Positions 41,430-54,095 are shown, counted from the first letter of the stretch. The stretch is 64,000 nucleotides of DNA from Octopus vulgaris (GCA_951406725.2 OX597830.1:33790001-33854000), one strand, 5' to 3'. Numbers and translations: made by a program. The notes: generated by a model from the letters alone, not told the origin.

Positions 41430-41620
41430 ATCCAAACCGGAAAACACAATAACGTGAGGACGTGGAACAAGTATAGTGTTATTGGACGCTCAGGAAAGGA
41501 AAGAAAGAAGGAGAATTTAATGTTTTGAGCAGAGCTCTTCGTCAGAAATATAGAAAAAGGAAAGATCCAAGGAAGGGAAGACGGAGGAAAAAAATCGCCA
41601 ACGATACACATGCGGTCGCA
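41424..41620 (-). mobile_element. Penelope-like fragment in (TA)n with degenerate hammerhead motif (41516-41548)
   Basis: Minus: TTT-CTGACGA-A-GAGC(tct)GCTC-AAAA-CATT-AAA; GAAA and the ACGT palindrome appear CpG-decayed. Confidence 0.5.
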
Positions 41621-41644
41621 TATATATATATACTTTTTTCCCTA

Positions 41645-42182
41645 ACAGGATGTTGTCTAAGCCAAGGGAAATCATTGTCAAGCCAAGTGAAACCATAGGA
41701 TGCCAGTATCACATAGCTGGCATGTAAAAAGTACCCTTCAAATGCTGGGTGGTATGCTACACTTGAGGAGATCGGTCAAATCAAGTGAAATCATTGCCAT
41801 GGCCAATACCAGTCCCGTCTGACTGGCACCTGTGCTGATGGCATGTAAAGAGCCCTGTTCGAACATAGGGACTTACAGAGGCAGTGACAGGTGACCAAGA
41901 CCTTTGACGATATACTGTGTTTGTGAACACCTGTCAAGCAAAGCGAGATAGCTTTTGTGGCCAATGCTGGTGTCACATCAGTGACACCTTTGCTGGTGGC
42001 ACGTAAAAATCACTCACTACACTCTTGGAGTGGTTGGCATTAGGAAGAACATCCATCCATAGAAACCATGCCAAATCAGATTGGAACCTGGTGCAGCTAC
42101 CTGGCTTACAAATTTTCATTCAAACCATCCAATCAATGCCAGCATGGAAAGCAGGTGTTAAATGATGATGATGATGATGATG
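41645..42182 (+). mobile_element. Family D RTE-like element with internally repeated 3' region and (GAT)n tail
   Basis: Repeated ggcatgtaaaa.gcacc units; taggaag...catcca...tagaaacc...gccagcatggaaagc...ttaaatgatgatg. Confidence 0.75.
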
Positions 42183-42750
42183 ACTGATTAGTTTTAGTAC
42201 CCAGGGTACACTGCAGTTTCATTAGCCAGTACAATACTGGTACATTATGAAGAGTACATTCTACTTTCAATACAGTAACGGTATTAAAATGTCACAACCC
42301 AACCATCCTGGTCTACTACTTTCATGTCTGTCCATGAGGTGGAGAGATTGCAGAGTAATGTCTTAAATCTAGTCACTCAATGCAATAATCTTACGTTTCA
42401 ACATATCCCTTTCTCTCACCTCTCAGTTTTGCTTCCTTTCTCAAAAAAATACCTGTACATATAAACAAAAACATAAAGAATAACATGTGGACATCGTTCA
42501 AAAAAGCTGACCTGATTGAACAAAACTAATGTGATTTTTGGATTTAGCATATCAGAAAAAAATTTAGACAATAATTTTGTTGTTGACCAGTGTTAATCAA
42601 AATGTTTCCATTGTGTGATATATATCTATTGCTGACTGGAGATTTCTCTTGGTTGATGGTGAGTCAGACCCTGATTAGGTGATTACATAATCATGGTCAT
42701 AATTTTTATTAGCACCCTTATCCTCATCCTCATGATCATCAACATCAGCA

Positions 42751-42833
42751 TCATTTTTTTATTTTTATATGAGCTAGAACTTCATCAAGTGTTGAAGAGA
42801 AACACTCATTACATTTTCTCAGAATGTCTGTTA
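42751..42833 (-). CDS. Candidate terminal exon (phase 1)
   Basis: gtcttcattttatcagtcag|TA ACA GAC...; TDILRKCNECFSSTLDEVLAHIKIKK*. Confidence 0.25.
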
Positions 42834-43093
42834 CTGACTGATAAAATGAAGACATGGTGCTTGGTTCAGGTATATACGACTTTGATAAAGGCATTTAACG
42901 ACATAGTGTTTATTTAACTGGGGTATGGATTATGTCACTTTTCATTCTTCAAGGCTTTGATTGACCTGAAGTTATGGTAAAAGAAACTTGTCCATGATAC
43001 TGTGCCATGAGATTGAACCTGCAATCATATAGTTATGAAACAAACTTCTTAATCACACAACCATGACCAGCTTGACATGGTTGTTTAGAATAA

Positions 43094-43560
43094 TCATCAT
43101 CATCATCATCATCATCGTTTAACGTCCGCTTTCCATGCTAGCATGGGTTGGACAATTTGACTGAGGCCTGGTGAATCAGAAGGCTGCACCAGGCTCCAAT
43201 CTGATCTGGCAGAGTTTCTACAGCTGGATGCCCTTCTTAGTGCCAACCACTCTGAGAGTGTAGTGGGTACTTTTACATGCCACTGACACAAGGGCCAGTC
43301 AGGCAGTACTGGCAACAGCCTTGCTCAAATGGTGCTTTTTATGTGCCACCTGCACAGGAGCCAGTCCAGCGGCACTTGCAACGACCTCGCTCAAATGTTT
43401 CTTTTCACGTGCTTCCAGCACAAGTGCCAATAAGGTGACACAGGTAACAACTACACTCGAATGATGCTTTTTACGGGCCACCAGCATGGAAGCCAGTTTG
43501 TTGCTCTGGCAACGATCATACTTGGATGGTGCTTTTATCACTTCACTAGCACAAATCCCA
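43094..43560 (-). mobile_element. Family D RTE-like element
   Basis: (CAT)n + gtttaacgtccgctttccatgctagcatggg...gctggatgccc; inverted relative to 41645-42182. Confidence 0.8.
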
Positions 43561-44389
43561 GTCATTGAATTTGATTTCAAATTTCAATTTTAGAATAATG
43601 ATCCAGATTTATCCTGGTGTGTATTATTTGCAATAGACTGATGACTATCCAGGAAATAACATATAAAGACCATCACCTCTGACAAAACAATTGTTATGTA
43701 AATGCCTTTAAAAGGAACACTTTCAAAAGAAGTAATCTCTGTTTAGTCAGTAGAACCTACTAGAAATAGGAGTTAAACTTCCATATAATTATTTTGTAAA
43801 GGGAGAAACTTTGAATAATGTAGCCATGATAATACACAGGTTGGTCACTGCTAGAATGTCTCTGATCAAGGGACAGCTTAATGTCAGTACTGGTGTGAGG
43901 GGTTAAACAGCAACAAGGAAGGACACATTGCATAATATCGTCTTTGGTATACCATGTCTGAATAACAGATTGGCTGGTCACAGCTGGTATGTCTTTGATC
44001 ATAAGACAACTTGATAACTGGTGCTCTGATGGTGGTTATGTGATTAACAATAAAACAACAACAGCAACATTGGTCATTGTATTTCCTGACGGACTGTGCA
44101 AAGATAAAAGATGATATGGGTATGGTTGGACTGTCTTCGATCACAGGGCTATCCTGAGTTCCAATGACAGCAGTGGTAACAACAACAATAGTATTGATAA
44201 TTCACGATGTGGCAACAAGAAATGAAATATCATTATAAACCAATCTATTGTTCCAACAACAATTTTAGTTTTCTATTAAACTTAGTTTTCAACTTTAACA
44301 GTAATTTTGAAACAGAACACATTTACACTCACGTAATAAACAATACATTTGTATACATCTAGTCTCTAGCATATAGTTCTTCACATATA

Positions 44390-45664
44390 CAGGGGATGGA
44401 CAAAATAATGGAAACACCTAGCATCATAGCATCATAATTTTGAAATATCTATAAAACCATCAAAAGCTTATTTATTTTTGTGTCTTTTGATTTATTATTA
44501 GTGTTGCTTAATATGTTTTGCAAAAATTGCTGTTTATTTTTCAAATAACACCAGAAAAAGGTAATTAAAATTCATTAAAATGGCATATCTATCGAACTTT
44601 CAAAGAGATAAAATAGTTGGTGCTTGTATGGTAGGCACTAGTGTAACGGAAACAGCCGAAATGTTTGGTGTATCAAGAAGTACTGTCTCGAAAGTAATAA
44701 CAGCCTTTGAGAAAGAGAGAAAAACCTCCTCATTGAAACAAAACTCCAGAAGAAAACCAAAACTTTCAGATAGGGATGGTCGGGCTCTTACACAAATTGT
44801 TTGAAAGGATCACAAAAGTACAGCTCTCAAAATTACTGCAGAGCTTAATGACCACCTCAAGAACCCAGTTTCCACAAAAAGTGTTCGCTGGGAGCAGCAC
44901 AAAGCTGAATTTCACAGGAGAGCAGCAATCAGAAAACTACTACTTTCAAAAACATATGTTGCAAAGCGTTTAGAGTGGAGTAAAAACCTACAGAATTGGT
45001 CCCTAGAGCAGTGAAAGAATGTTTTCTTGGACGAGTCATCCTTTACCTTATTTCCGACCACGGGCTTAGTATACATGTGGAGACAGCCAAAGGAAGCATT
45101 TGACCCAAACTGCTTTCTTCCAACTGTTAAGCATGGAAGAGGATCTGTGATGATCTGGAGTGGGGGCTATATCTTGGAAATCCGCCAGCCCAATGGTTTC
45201 CCTTCATGGCAGAATTAATAGTCAAAACTATGTAAGCATCTTATCTGATCAAATTCATCCTATGGTTGCAGAACTGATTCTGGAGGGAAACGCAATCTTT
45301 CAAGATGATAATGCAGCAATTCAAACATCTAAAGTTGTTACTGAATAACATGAGGAATATTTTAGTGAAGTTGAACCCCTTATCTGGCTACCACAGTCCC
45401 CAGATCTCATTATTATTGAGCATTTATGGTACATTTTAGGAAAACAAGTAAGGAGTCGATATTCTCCACCATCATCACTTCAAGAACTGGAGACTGTTTT
45501 AGCTGAAGAATGGAAAAAAATTACTTTGGAAACAATTCAAACTTTGTACAAGTCCACACCTCATACAATTCAAGCTGTAATTACTGCCAAAGGTGGTCCT
45601 ACCCCATATTAAAATAAATTTGTTTGAAATTTTAAGTTGCTTCAATTATTTTGTCCAACCCCTG
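44390..45664 (+). mobile_element. Full-length Tc1/mariner transposon, DD36E type, inactive
   Basis: TIRs CAGGGGATGGACAAAATAATGGAAACACCT / reverse complement CAGGGGTTGGACAAAATAATTGAAGCAACT; TA flanks at 44388-89 and 45665-66; 1275 bp. Confidence 0.95.
44580..45612 (+). pseudogene. Tc1-like transposase pseudogene
   Basis: HTH N-terminus MAYLSNFQRDKIVG...GVSRSTVSK, DESSF, KHGRGSVMIW, FQDDNA, WLPQSPDLIIIEHLW, KGGPTPY*; three in-frame stops and a frameshift near 45160. Confidence 0.93.
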
Positions 45665-45930
45665 TATATGTATGTAAAGTGTGCATATATATATGCTTTT
45701 TCTGTTTGTTTGTATGCATAAATGTTATATGTCTGTGTGTGTGTATGTCTATATATGTATATGTTTATGTATAGATATGTGGGTATATATTGTATATATA
45801 TATGTGTGCATATATATATATATATATGTATTTATGTGTTTTTATATGTATATACATATACATATATGTGTATATATCGTATATATGTGTGTGCGTGTAT
45901 ATATATATATATATATATATGTACATGATG

Positions 45931-45967
<37 letters not shown>

Positions 45968-46521
45968 GTATATATGTGTAAGTGTGTATATATATATATA
46001 TATATATATATGTTTGTGTATCTGTATCTGTATGTGTGTAAATATAAATGATAGTTCCACATTATTTTAGTTTGTAGTCAGAATCTGTGTGTGGGTGTGT
46101 GTATACGTACACACGTGTGTATGTGTGAATGTATATATCCGTATGATTGCATACATGGTTTATGTATTCACCTAAGCTGTATGAGTGTAACGGACAGAGC
46201 ATCAGTATTGAAATGTGAGTTGGAACGTGTGCGACAATATTCATATAGTTTTGTGATTGCGTGCTGATATGTAGATGCTCTTAGATATATATGTATATAT
46301 GTAAATCATTCTGTATGAACTTATGTGTCTGCTTGCTTAATGATTTCATGAAACTAAAAATTAGAACAATAATCAAATGACGAAAAGCTGAAGATTTTTA
46401 ATTAAAAGTCTCCAAACAACTACTTCCTCATTTGTCTGCTTTAATTACAAAATACTTATTTTGAACTAAAAAAATTTTAATGAAAAAAAAAATCTAAAAA
46501 TTACATATATAGATATGAGTG

Positions 46522-46567
<46 letters not shown>

Positions 46568-46633
46568 TATACATACATGCATATATCCACCTATATAAGT
46601 ACTGAGGTATCTATATCTACACACTCGCACACG

Positions 46634-46665
<32 letters not shown>

Positions 46666-46693
46666 TGTATGTATATATGTGTGTATATATATT

Positions 46694-46752
<59 letters not shown>

Positions 46753-47695
46753 TCACACACACACGCACACATGCACATACATACACATACATGCATCTGT
46801 AAGTTTGCAGTGTGGAAAAAATATATATTTACATACAAACACACATGCACGCATACACGCACACACACACATACACACACACACACACACAATCAACACC
46901 AGACTGATTCAATTGAAAAAAAGTTGAATGTTTAATTATGCTATGGTGTTTATATAATTAGAATGTCTAATTAAACAACAGTCTGTATAATTCAGTATTT
47001 CCTTGAATAACAAATTCTAAAATAATTTTGGAAATTCTGATTCTTGTGAAATGATAATCTGTCATATGTCATATAATAATTTTTTTTTATACATATATAT
47101 TTCTGTTGCAAGCCATAAACGCTTGTTGAGCTAAGATTGTGATTTTGTTACAATTCAAGCAAAATGAATAAGCTATTTACTGGACATTTCTTCCTGTTCT
47201 GTACTGACATCCATAGAATTTCAGTCAACCAGGACTCCACTCATCCCTTCTCCACTCTTCCCCACTACCATGCATGTCTTGAGTTAATGAGGATGTCTAT
47301 AAGTTGTAGCTTGATCTTCTAGAAATAGCAAACAAATCTCCTTTAAATCATAAGCTGAAATGTTGTAAGGGAAATTTTATATTGAATAAAATAGTCTCAG
47401 ATACACATAAAAAGACAGGATTGTGGTTCTATGTCTGCTTCACCAGGAATGAAACAATGATAATCAATTGCAGCTACAACAACTCATGCTAATGAGGAAA
47501 TGTCTAAATAGTGTACTAACTTTTAGAAATGGAGCCAAATCTCCCTCAAATCATACCATACTGTGTCAAATGAAAATGAATACATAGGACAACATGATTC
47601 CTCACATAGGAGATGAGATGGTAATGTCTGAAATGCATTTGATCATAGGTTTGTCTGATCAATTACGACTGGTCTGGTGGTACTCAGCCATATTA

Positions 47696-48226
47696 TTGGG
47701 TTGTCCGGAAAGTTCGTCCTGGTTTTTAAAGGAAGGAAAAAGGTCAATAAATACTTGCCATTACATTTTTAATCAAACAAATATGAACCAAACCATTTTG
47801 TTGCACAATGCATCTCCATCTTTCCTTTAACTTGAAAATACCCTCTTCTCAGAATTGAGGTGGTTTCATGGCAAAGAATTCATCAAGGTATCTTTTTACA
47901 TCATCCAAGGAATTTACCATTAAGACTATTCTGCAGAGACATGAATAAGTGAAAATTCGAAGGAGTAATATCTGGTGAACTGCAGCAATTTTTGTCTGGT
48001 TCCCAAAGTATCAAATGCCGAAAATGAACTTTCTTATCTTCCATTTTAAAGGGTTACAGAATTAACACAGGTTATAGGAACATAAACCTTCTTCCATGAA
48101 AAAATAGCTTAAACTGTGCTCTAAATGGGGGTGTAGTCAAATCCTATTTTATGAACTCAACTATGCTCTAAAATAAGTCGAAAGGTAAGCTACTATAAAT
48201 TGGCACGAACTTTCTAGACAACCCAA
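47696..48226 (-). mobile_element. Internally deleted mariner transposon
   Basis: TIRs TTGGGTTGTCCGGAAAGTTCGT / TTGGGTTGTCTAGAAAGTTCGT with TA flanks; minus-strand remnants MEDKKVHFRHLILWE ... SPDITPSNFHLFMSLQNSLNGK ... ERWRCIVQQNGSYLFD* (47769-48044). Confidence 0.9.
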
Positions 48227-48350
48227 TAAAAGCAAAGAAAGTCTATGAAGAATGACTACACACTCTCCAGTGATGGTGTTGTTACTATTTGCATCGACAT
48301 CCTGGAGTGTATCCAGAGAAGCACTTGACTGACTGGCATTCAAACATTAA

Positions 48351-48550
48351 TCCTTTAATATTTAAATTGGCCATAACCGAAAATAGATTGTGTGCTTTAT
48401 ATCTGACTTCTCATGTCTACCCCACAATGTCCTTCTAAAAGTAAAGCCACAACTCTGAAATCTCAAAGTTACAAGATAATGCATGATTAATTTGAAAGAA
48501 TCTGAAGAAATGTGCATTACATTTGACTGAGCAGCCTGAATGCTGAAGGG
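48351..48550. mobile_element. piggyBac-like MITE (TTAA-flanked), followed by a partial second copy to ~48680
   Basis: TTAA-TCCTTTAATATT ... AATGCTGAAGGG-TTAA; internal tgaaatctcaaagttaca repeated in the second copy. Confidence 0.5.
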
Positions 48551-48782
48551 TTAAACCAGTCATATCTGGTGCAAATATTCTACCTGTTTTATATTCAAAC
48601 TGACCGGAAGTGGTCATTCATACTTACCCAACAATGTCATTTTAAAAATGCAGTCACTTCAATGAAATCTCAAAGTTACATGTGTCAGGTGTGTGCTGCA
48701 CACCCATCAACAATGGCAAATTCTTTATAAATATTGACCTTACTCATTAATTTAATTACAGGTCTTAATGGAAAAACTTTTG

Positions 48783-48958
48783 TTATACTCCTGCTTGAAA
48801 TTTGGTGGCACTGGGTGTGGAAGTACACCCAATAACCACCATACACCACTGCTTATGAGTGAAATTAGGTAGGCAGAAATGAGGCATGAGCACACGTGGA
48901 ACAACTATTCTATCTAGAAAGTGAGGTAGAGCGCAAGTGATACAAGAAGCGAAGATAA
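48783..48958 (-). CDS. Candidate terminal exon (phase 1)
   Basis: ctgttcatctccactag|TT ATC TTC...; IFASCITCALPHFLDRIVVPRVLMPHFCLPNFTHKQWCMVVIGCTSTPSATKFQAGV*. Confidence 0.3.
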
Positions 48959-48983
48959 CTAGTGGAGATGAACAGACACCTTT

Positions 48984-49199
48984 TTTTTCTACTCTAGGCA
49001 CAAGGCCTGAACTTTTGGGGGAAGGAGACAAGTCAATTAGATCAACTTCAGTATGCAACTGGTACTTAATTTATCGACCTAGAAAAGATGAAAGGCAAAA
49101 TCAACCCCAGGAGAATTTGAACTCAGAACGTAAAGACAGACTACATAGCTCTAAGCATTTCACCTGGCATGCTAACATTTCTGCCTGCTTGTCACCTTA
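48984..49199 (-). mobile_element. SINE family B with 16-bp TSD
   Basis: ATGAACAGACACCTTT at 48968-48983 and 49200-49215. Confidence 0.88.
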
Positions 49200-49239
49200 A
49201 TGAACAGACACCTTTGTAACAACTATAGAAGACACAGAG

Positions 49240-49593
49240 GATAGACAGACAGACAGACACAGAGAGATAGATAGACAGACTGATGAACGGACATACAGAC
49301 AGGAAGATAGATAGGTAGATAGGTAGATAGGTAGATAGGTAGGTAGGTAGATAGATATATAGGTAGATAGTTAGGTAGATGGATAGATAGGTAGATGGAT
49401 AGATAGGTAGATGGATAGGTAGGTAGATGGATAGATAGGTAGATAGGTAGAAAGTTAGATAGATAGGTAGATAGGTAGGTAGGTAGGTAGGTAGGTACAT
49501 AGATTGGTATGTGGGTAGGTAGGTAGGTAGGTAGGTAGGTAAGTAGGTAGGTAGGTATGTAGGTAGATAGCTAGCTAGCTAGCTAGATAGATG

Positions 49594-49670
<77 letters not shown>

Positions 49671-49713
49671 TGGATGGATAATAGATGGATAGATAGATAG
49701 GATGGATGGATAT

Positions 49714-49785
<72 letters not shown>
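49240..49785. repeat. (GATA)n/(GGTA)n tetranucleotide array
   Basis: Direct inspection. Confidence 0.97.
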
Positions 49786-49786
<1 letters not shown>

Positions 49787-49861
49787 AGTAGTGATGTGTC
49801 TAAGAAACTGTAGAATATTTACGAATGAACCTCTGCTACTTGGTCATTCAGATCAACTTAC

Positions 49862-49879
49862 TTTCATCTCCATTCTTGT
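49862..49879 (-). CDS. Candidate 18-nt microexon
   Basis: aatttgtag|ACAAGAATGGAGATGAAA|gtaagt; frame-preserving; phase 1 reads (D)KNGDE. Confidence 0.25.
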
Positions 49880-50724
49880 CTACAAATTATTATCTGTACA
49901 GCAGTAACACCATCAAGATTGGTTGAATAACTCTTCCCATGTTTCATGAAACAATTGAGACATTCCAGAATGCAAAACAATTGGAATATGGCTTTATTAT
50001 TTATTTAAAAGAAAACTTTTAGTTGATTGATTGGCAGTTTGATGAGACTTTGAGACATTTGACTATCGATCGTGTCTTTCTGATCTCTGATTTATCTAAT
50101 GGTGTACACCAAACTTTGGCACTTAACCTTCAAGAACTTAAATATAGAAAGAAGATGTCATATGTTTTCTTTACTTTCATTATATTAAGGAATATCTTTA
50201 AGGCATGGAATTATTCCCAATTCTTTATAAATTTAACTTATATGTATATATAATATAACCTAATATAATTTATGTATGTATAAAATATACAGACAAAAAT
50301 TACACACGCAGTGAAATTCTGAGTACAATAAACAACATATCTATCTGTTTAATTGCTACACAGTCTGAGTGGCTGTTGTTTGGTGCTCCTTCTATTATTG
50401 GTTGATGTATATACATCTGTATGAGTTTTAATATGTGTGTATTTATGTCAGCATGCATGGTTAATGTGTGTGTGTGTGTATGTATGTAGTTGTCTGTGTT
50501 TGTGTATTTGTTTCCACGTATTATTATATTTATTGATAATTAGGACGAGGAAGGCACTCATACATTCAAAAAACAACAATGCTGATGATGTTTGTCTGGT
50601 ATTTTATTTTTAAAGGAAACCTTATATACATATATATATATATATGTATGTATATATATATACACACACACAAATACAGACACATACAAACATACATACA
50701 TACATACATACATACATACATACA

Positions 50725-50756
<32 letters not shown>

Positions 50757-50957
50757 CATATATATACATATATATATTACCATATTTTGAGAAATTTTTC
50801 TTTTAGACAATCTATTTTCAGTTTGCAAAACAAGAATCCCCATGGCAAATGTTACCTGTTACCAATAATTTGCAAGAATAATGACTAATTTGGTTTGGGT
50901 CATAGCTCCCTCTCTCTCTCCTCCTCCCTCTCTTTCTCTGTATACATACATACATAA

Positions 50958-50992
<35 letters not shown>

Positions 50993-51293
50993 CAAAGATT
51001 CATACAAATACATACACACACATTTGTAGGTATATATATATATATATATAAGCACATATGCATACACATTCACATGCTCATGCATACACACTGAGGAAGA
51101 CATATAATCATAAATGTACAATAGAAGTATATACAGATAATTATACTCTTACATATTATAAATTTCTATATAAAAAAGAAAAGCATAATAAGAAATGTAT
51201 ATGTACTTATTATAATAATTACTTACAGATATGTTAAATATTTGTAGCATCTACATACATACATATGCTTCTGGTTGTCTTTATACATACACA

Positions 51294-51338
<45 letters not shown>

Positions 51339-51733
51339 TATATAAATATATATATATATGTATATATATGTATATGTACACCTGCACATTATATCTATTA
51401 TCATATCAGTACTTACAAGCATCTATAGCTTGCAACACATTGATGATGTGTATGTATGTATAATTGAACATGTGTGTGTATGTGTGTGTGTGTGTGTAAT
51501 GGGTTTGTTGTTTTTTTTGCTTGTTTGTTTGTTTTATTTAGGTTCCATTCATTCACTAATAAATATATTTCTTTTATTTTCCAAAATATAAATAATTGGA
51601 ACAAAATTTAAGAATGAACTTCAAGGAATGATTCCACATTATATATATTTAAAAAAAAATATTATTAGTGTTTCTGTATCTTTTGCTTATATAAATCAGT
51701 CTCTTTTCCCCAGAAACTCTGTATCTATCTCTC

Positions 51734-51779
<46 letters not shown>

Positions 51780-51862
51780 TACATATATATATATATATAT
51801 ATAAACACATTTGTATACATTTCATTGTGAGAGCATATATGTGTGTGTCTGTGCAAGCATAC

Positions 51863-51902
<40 letters not shown>

Positions 51903-52349
51903 CCACATACATACACACACATTCAATTATATACATATATACACACCCAAACATCCAAACACACATATATAATTACATATATTACAAATATGTATTAAAA
52001 ACCATATACTTTTAATATATATATATATATATATATAAGAACTTATTTCTGAAAGACTTCTTCATTTTTTTTTGTCTTCTTTTATTCTTTAAAGAAATGA
52101 AGCAATGTTTTATTGGCATCTTCCTTCTACCTCAAGTACTAATTATATATTCTCCATTAAAAACATTTCAAGAATATTCCTAACTCACTGTTTTCAAAAG
52201 CCTCTATAAACTCAATTGACTCCAATTTTTTCGTCTTTATATTTTTCTGCTTTATCACAGGCATTTTTTATTGTTATTCATAATATTCCATTATACATGC
52301 AAAAAACATAAATACATACATACATACATACAAACATATATGTATATTA

Positions 52350-52835
52350 TCTTTTATCTTTTGCTTTTTTCAGTCATTAGACTGTGGCCATGCTGGAGCA
52401 CCACCTAAAAGAACTTTTAGTAGTTGAATGTATCAACCCCAGTACTTTTTTGTTTTTAAAGCCTGATACTTATTCTATCAGTCCTTTTTGCTGAACCGCT
52501 AAGTTACGGGGACATAAACACACTGGTACCAGTTGTTTAGTGGTGCTGGAGGGGCAAACACAGAAGCAAAGACACACACACACACACACACACACGTATA
52601 TATGACAGGCTTCTTTCAGTTCTGTCTATAAAGTACACTCACAAGGCTTTGGTCAGTGTCAGTCTCTTTAGCTGAACTGCTAAGTTATGGCTATGTAAAC
52701 ACATAAACAACAATTGCAATCCGGGTTCAGTCCCACTGCGTGGCACTTTGGGCAAGTGTCTTCTACTATAGCCTCGGGCCGACCAAAGCCTTGTGAGTGG
52801 ATTTGGTAGACAGAAACTGAAAAAAACCTGTCGTA

Positions 52836-52872
<37 letters not shown>

Positions 52873-53033
52873 GTGTGTGTTTGTGTGAGTGTGTTTATCC
52901 CCCTAGCATTGCTTGACAACCGATGCTGGTGTGTTTATGTCCCCGTTACCTAGCGGTTCGGCAAAAGAGACTAATAGAATAAGTACTGGGCTTACAAAAG
53001 AATAAGTCCCAGGGTCGAGTTGCTCGATTAAAG
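52350..53033. mobile_element. Inverted pair of SINE family A copies (52350-52655 minus; 52720-53033 plus)
   Basis: Family A body in opposite orientations, ~65 bp apart. Confidence 0.8.
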
Positions 53034-53330
53034 GTGATCATAGGGGTCAAATATAAACAGAAAAACACAGGATGAATGTTAGGATGAATTTTAATATTAT
53101 TTAACCACAGGAAACAGCTGGCTATCAACATACTATCTGTGTCCTTTTTGAGCAAGGGACTTTAGTGTCAAAACTCCCTTGTTCGAACATATAAGGATGC
53201 AGATAGTGCATCGATAGTCAATAAGAATGTTTCCTGGGGCTAAATAACAGTAATATTGATCCTAACCAGGAATACCACATTATGTTGGCAAATAATCTTT
53301 ACTCTAGAATACTGTTACTGAATGTTTCTT

Positions 53331-53577
53331 CCATTCTATATTTAAGAGATGAGGAATTATGTATATTATTTACATTATTTACATTTGACATCTATCTGTC
53401 CTCATCTTGTTGTTAACACAACCTTAGGAATGAGAACCCAAGTTCAAAATTTCCTCAAGACACCTGATGAAAGCTGGAGGGTATATCAGCCGAAACGTTG
53501 TGTTAACAACAAATAAGATGAGGACAAATATTCATCAATTGTAAATAATGTAAATAATGTAAATAATGTACATAATG
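53331..53577. mobile_element. Penelope-like insertion with inverted terminal duplication and 12-bp flanking direct repeat
   Basis: Left arm attatttacatttgac..gtcctcatcttgttgttaacacaac inverted against right arm; TGAATGTTTCTT at 53319-53330 and 53578-53589. Confidence 0.75.
53459..53504 (+). ncRNA. Minimal type I hammerhead ribozyme motif
   Basis: GACAC-CTGATGA(53464-70)-A-AGCTG..CAGCC-GAAA(53492-95)-C-GTT-GTGTT; first stem II pair mutated. Confidence 0.7.
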
Positions 53578-53833
53578 TGAATGTTTCTTGTTCAGAGATT
53601 TAGAAATAATAATTTCTCTGTTTATATATGCATATATATCTTTCTTTTATCTTTTGCTTTTTTTGAGATCCTAAAACTATAGTACCATGTAAATGCATTC
53701 GGTAAAGTGGTTGGCATTAGGAAGGGCATCCAGTAGTAGAAATAGACAATAGAGCCTGGTGTGGCCCCACTGGCTTTGACAGTTCTTGTCAAGTCATTTA
53801 ACCCATGCCAGAATAGAAAACTGACTTTAAATG

Positions 53834-53834
53834 T

Positions 53835-53865
<31 letters not shown>

Positions 53866-54095
53866 GATGACAATGATGATGATGATTTTGATGATGATGA
53901 TGATGATTTTGATGATGATGATCATGATGATGATTTTGATGATGATGAATTTGATGATTTTGATGATGATGATGATAATGATGATGATTTTGATGATGAT
54001 TTTGGTGACGATGATGATGATGATTTTGATGATGATGATGATGATTTTGATGATAACTTTGATGATGATGCTGATGATGATTTTGATGATAATGA

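Noticed and set aside
50023-50160. Plus-strand protein-like frame LIDWQFDETLRHLTIDRVF; similar at 63300-63448
   Set aside because: No donor or family match; kept as a reminder that coding-looking islands also occur on the plus strand, which weakens the minus-strand exon calls.
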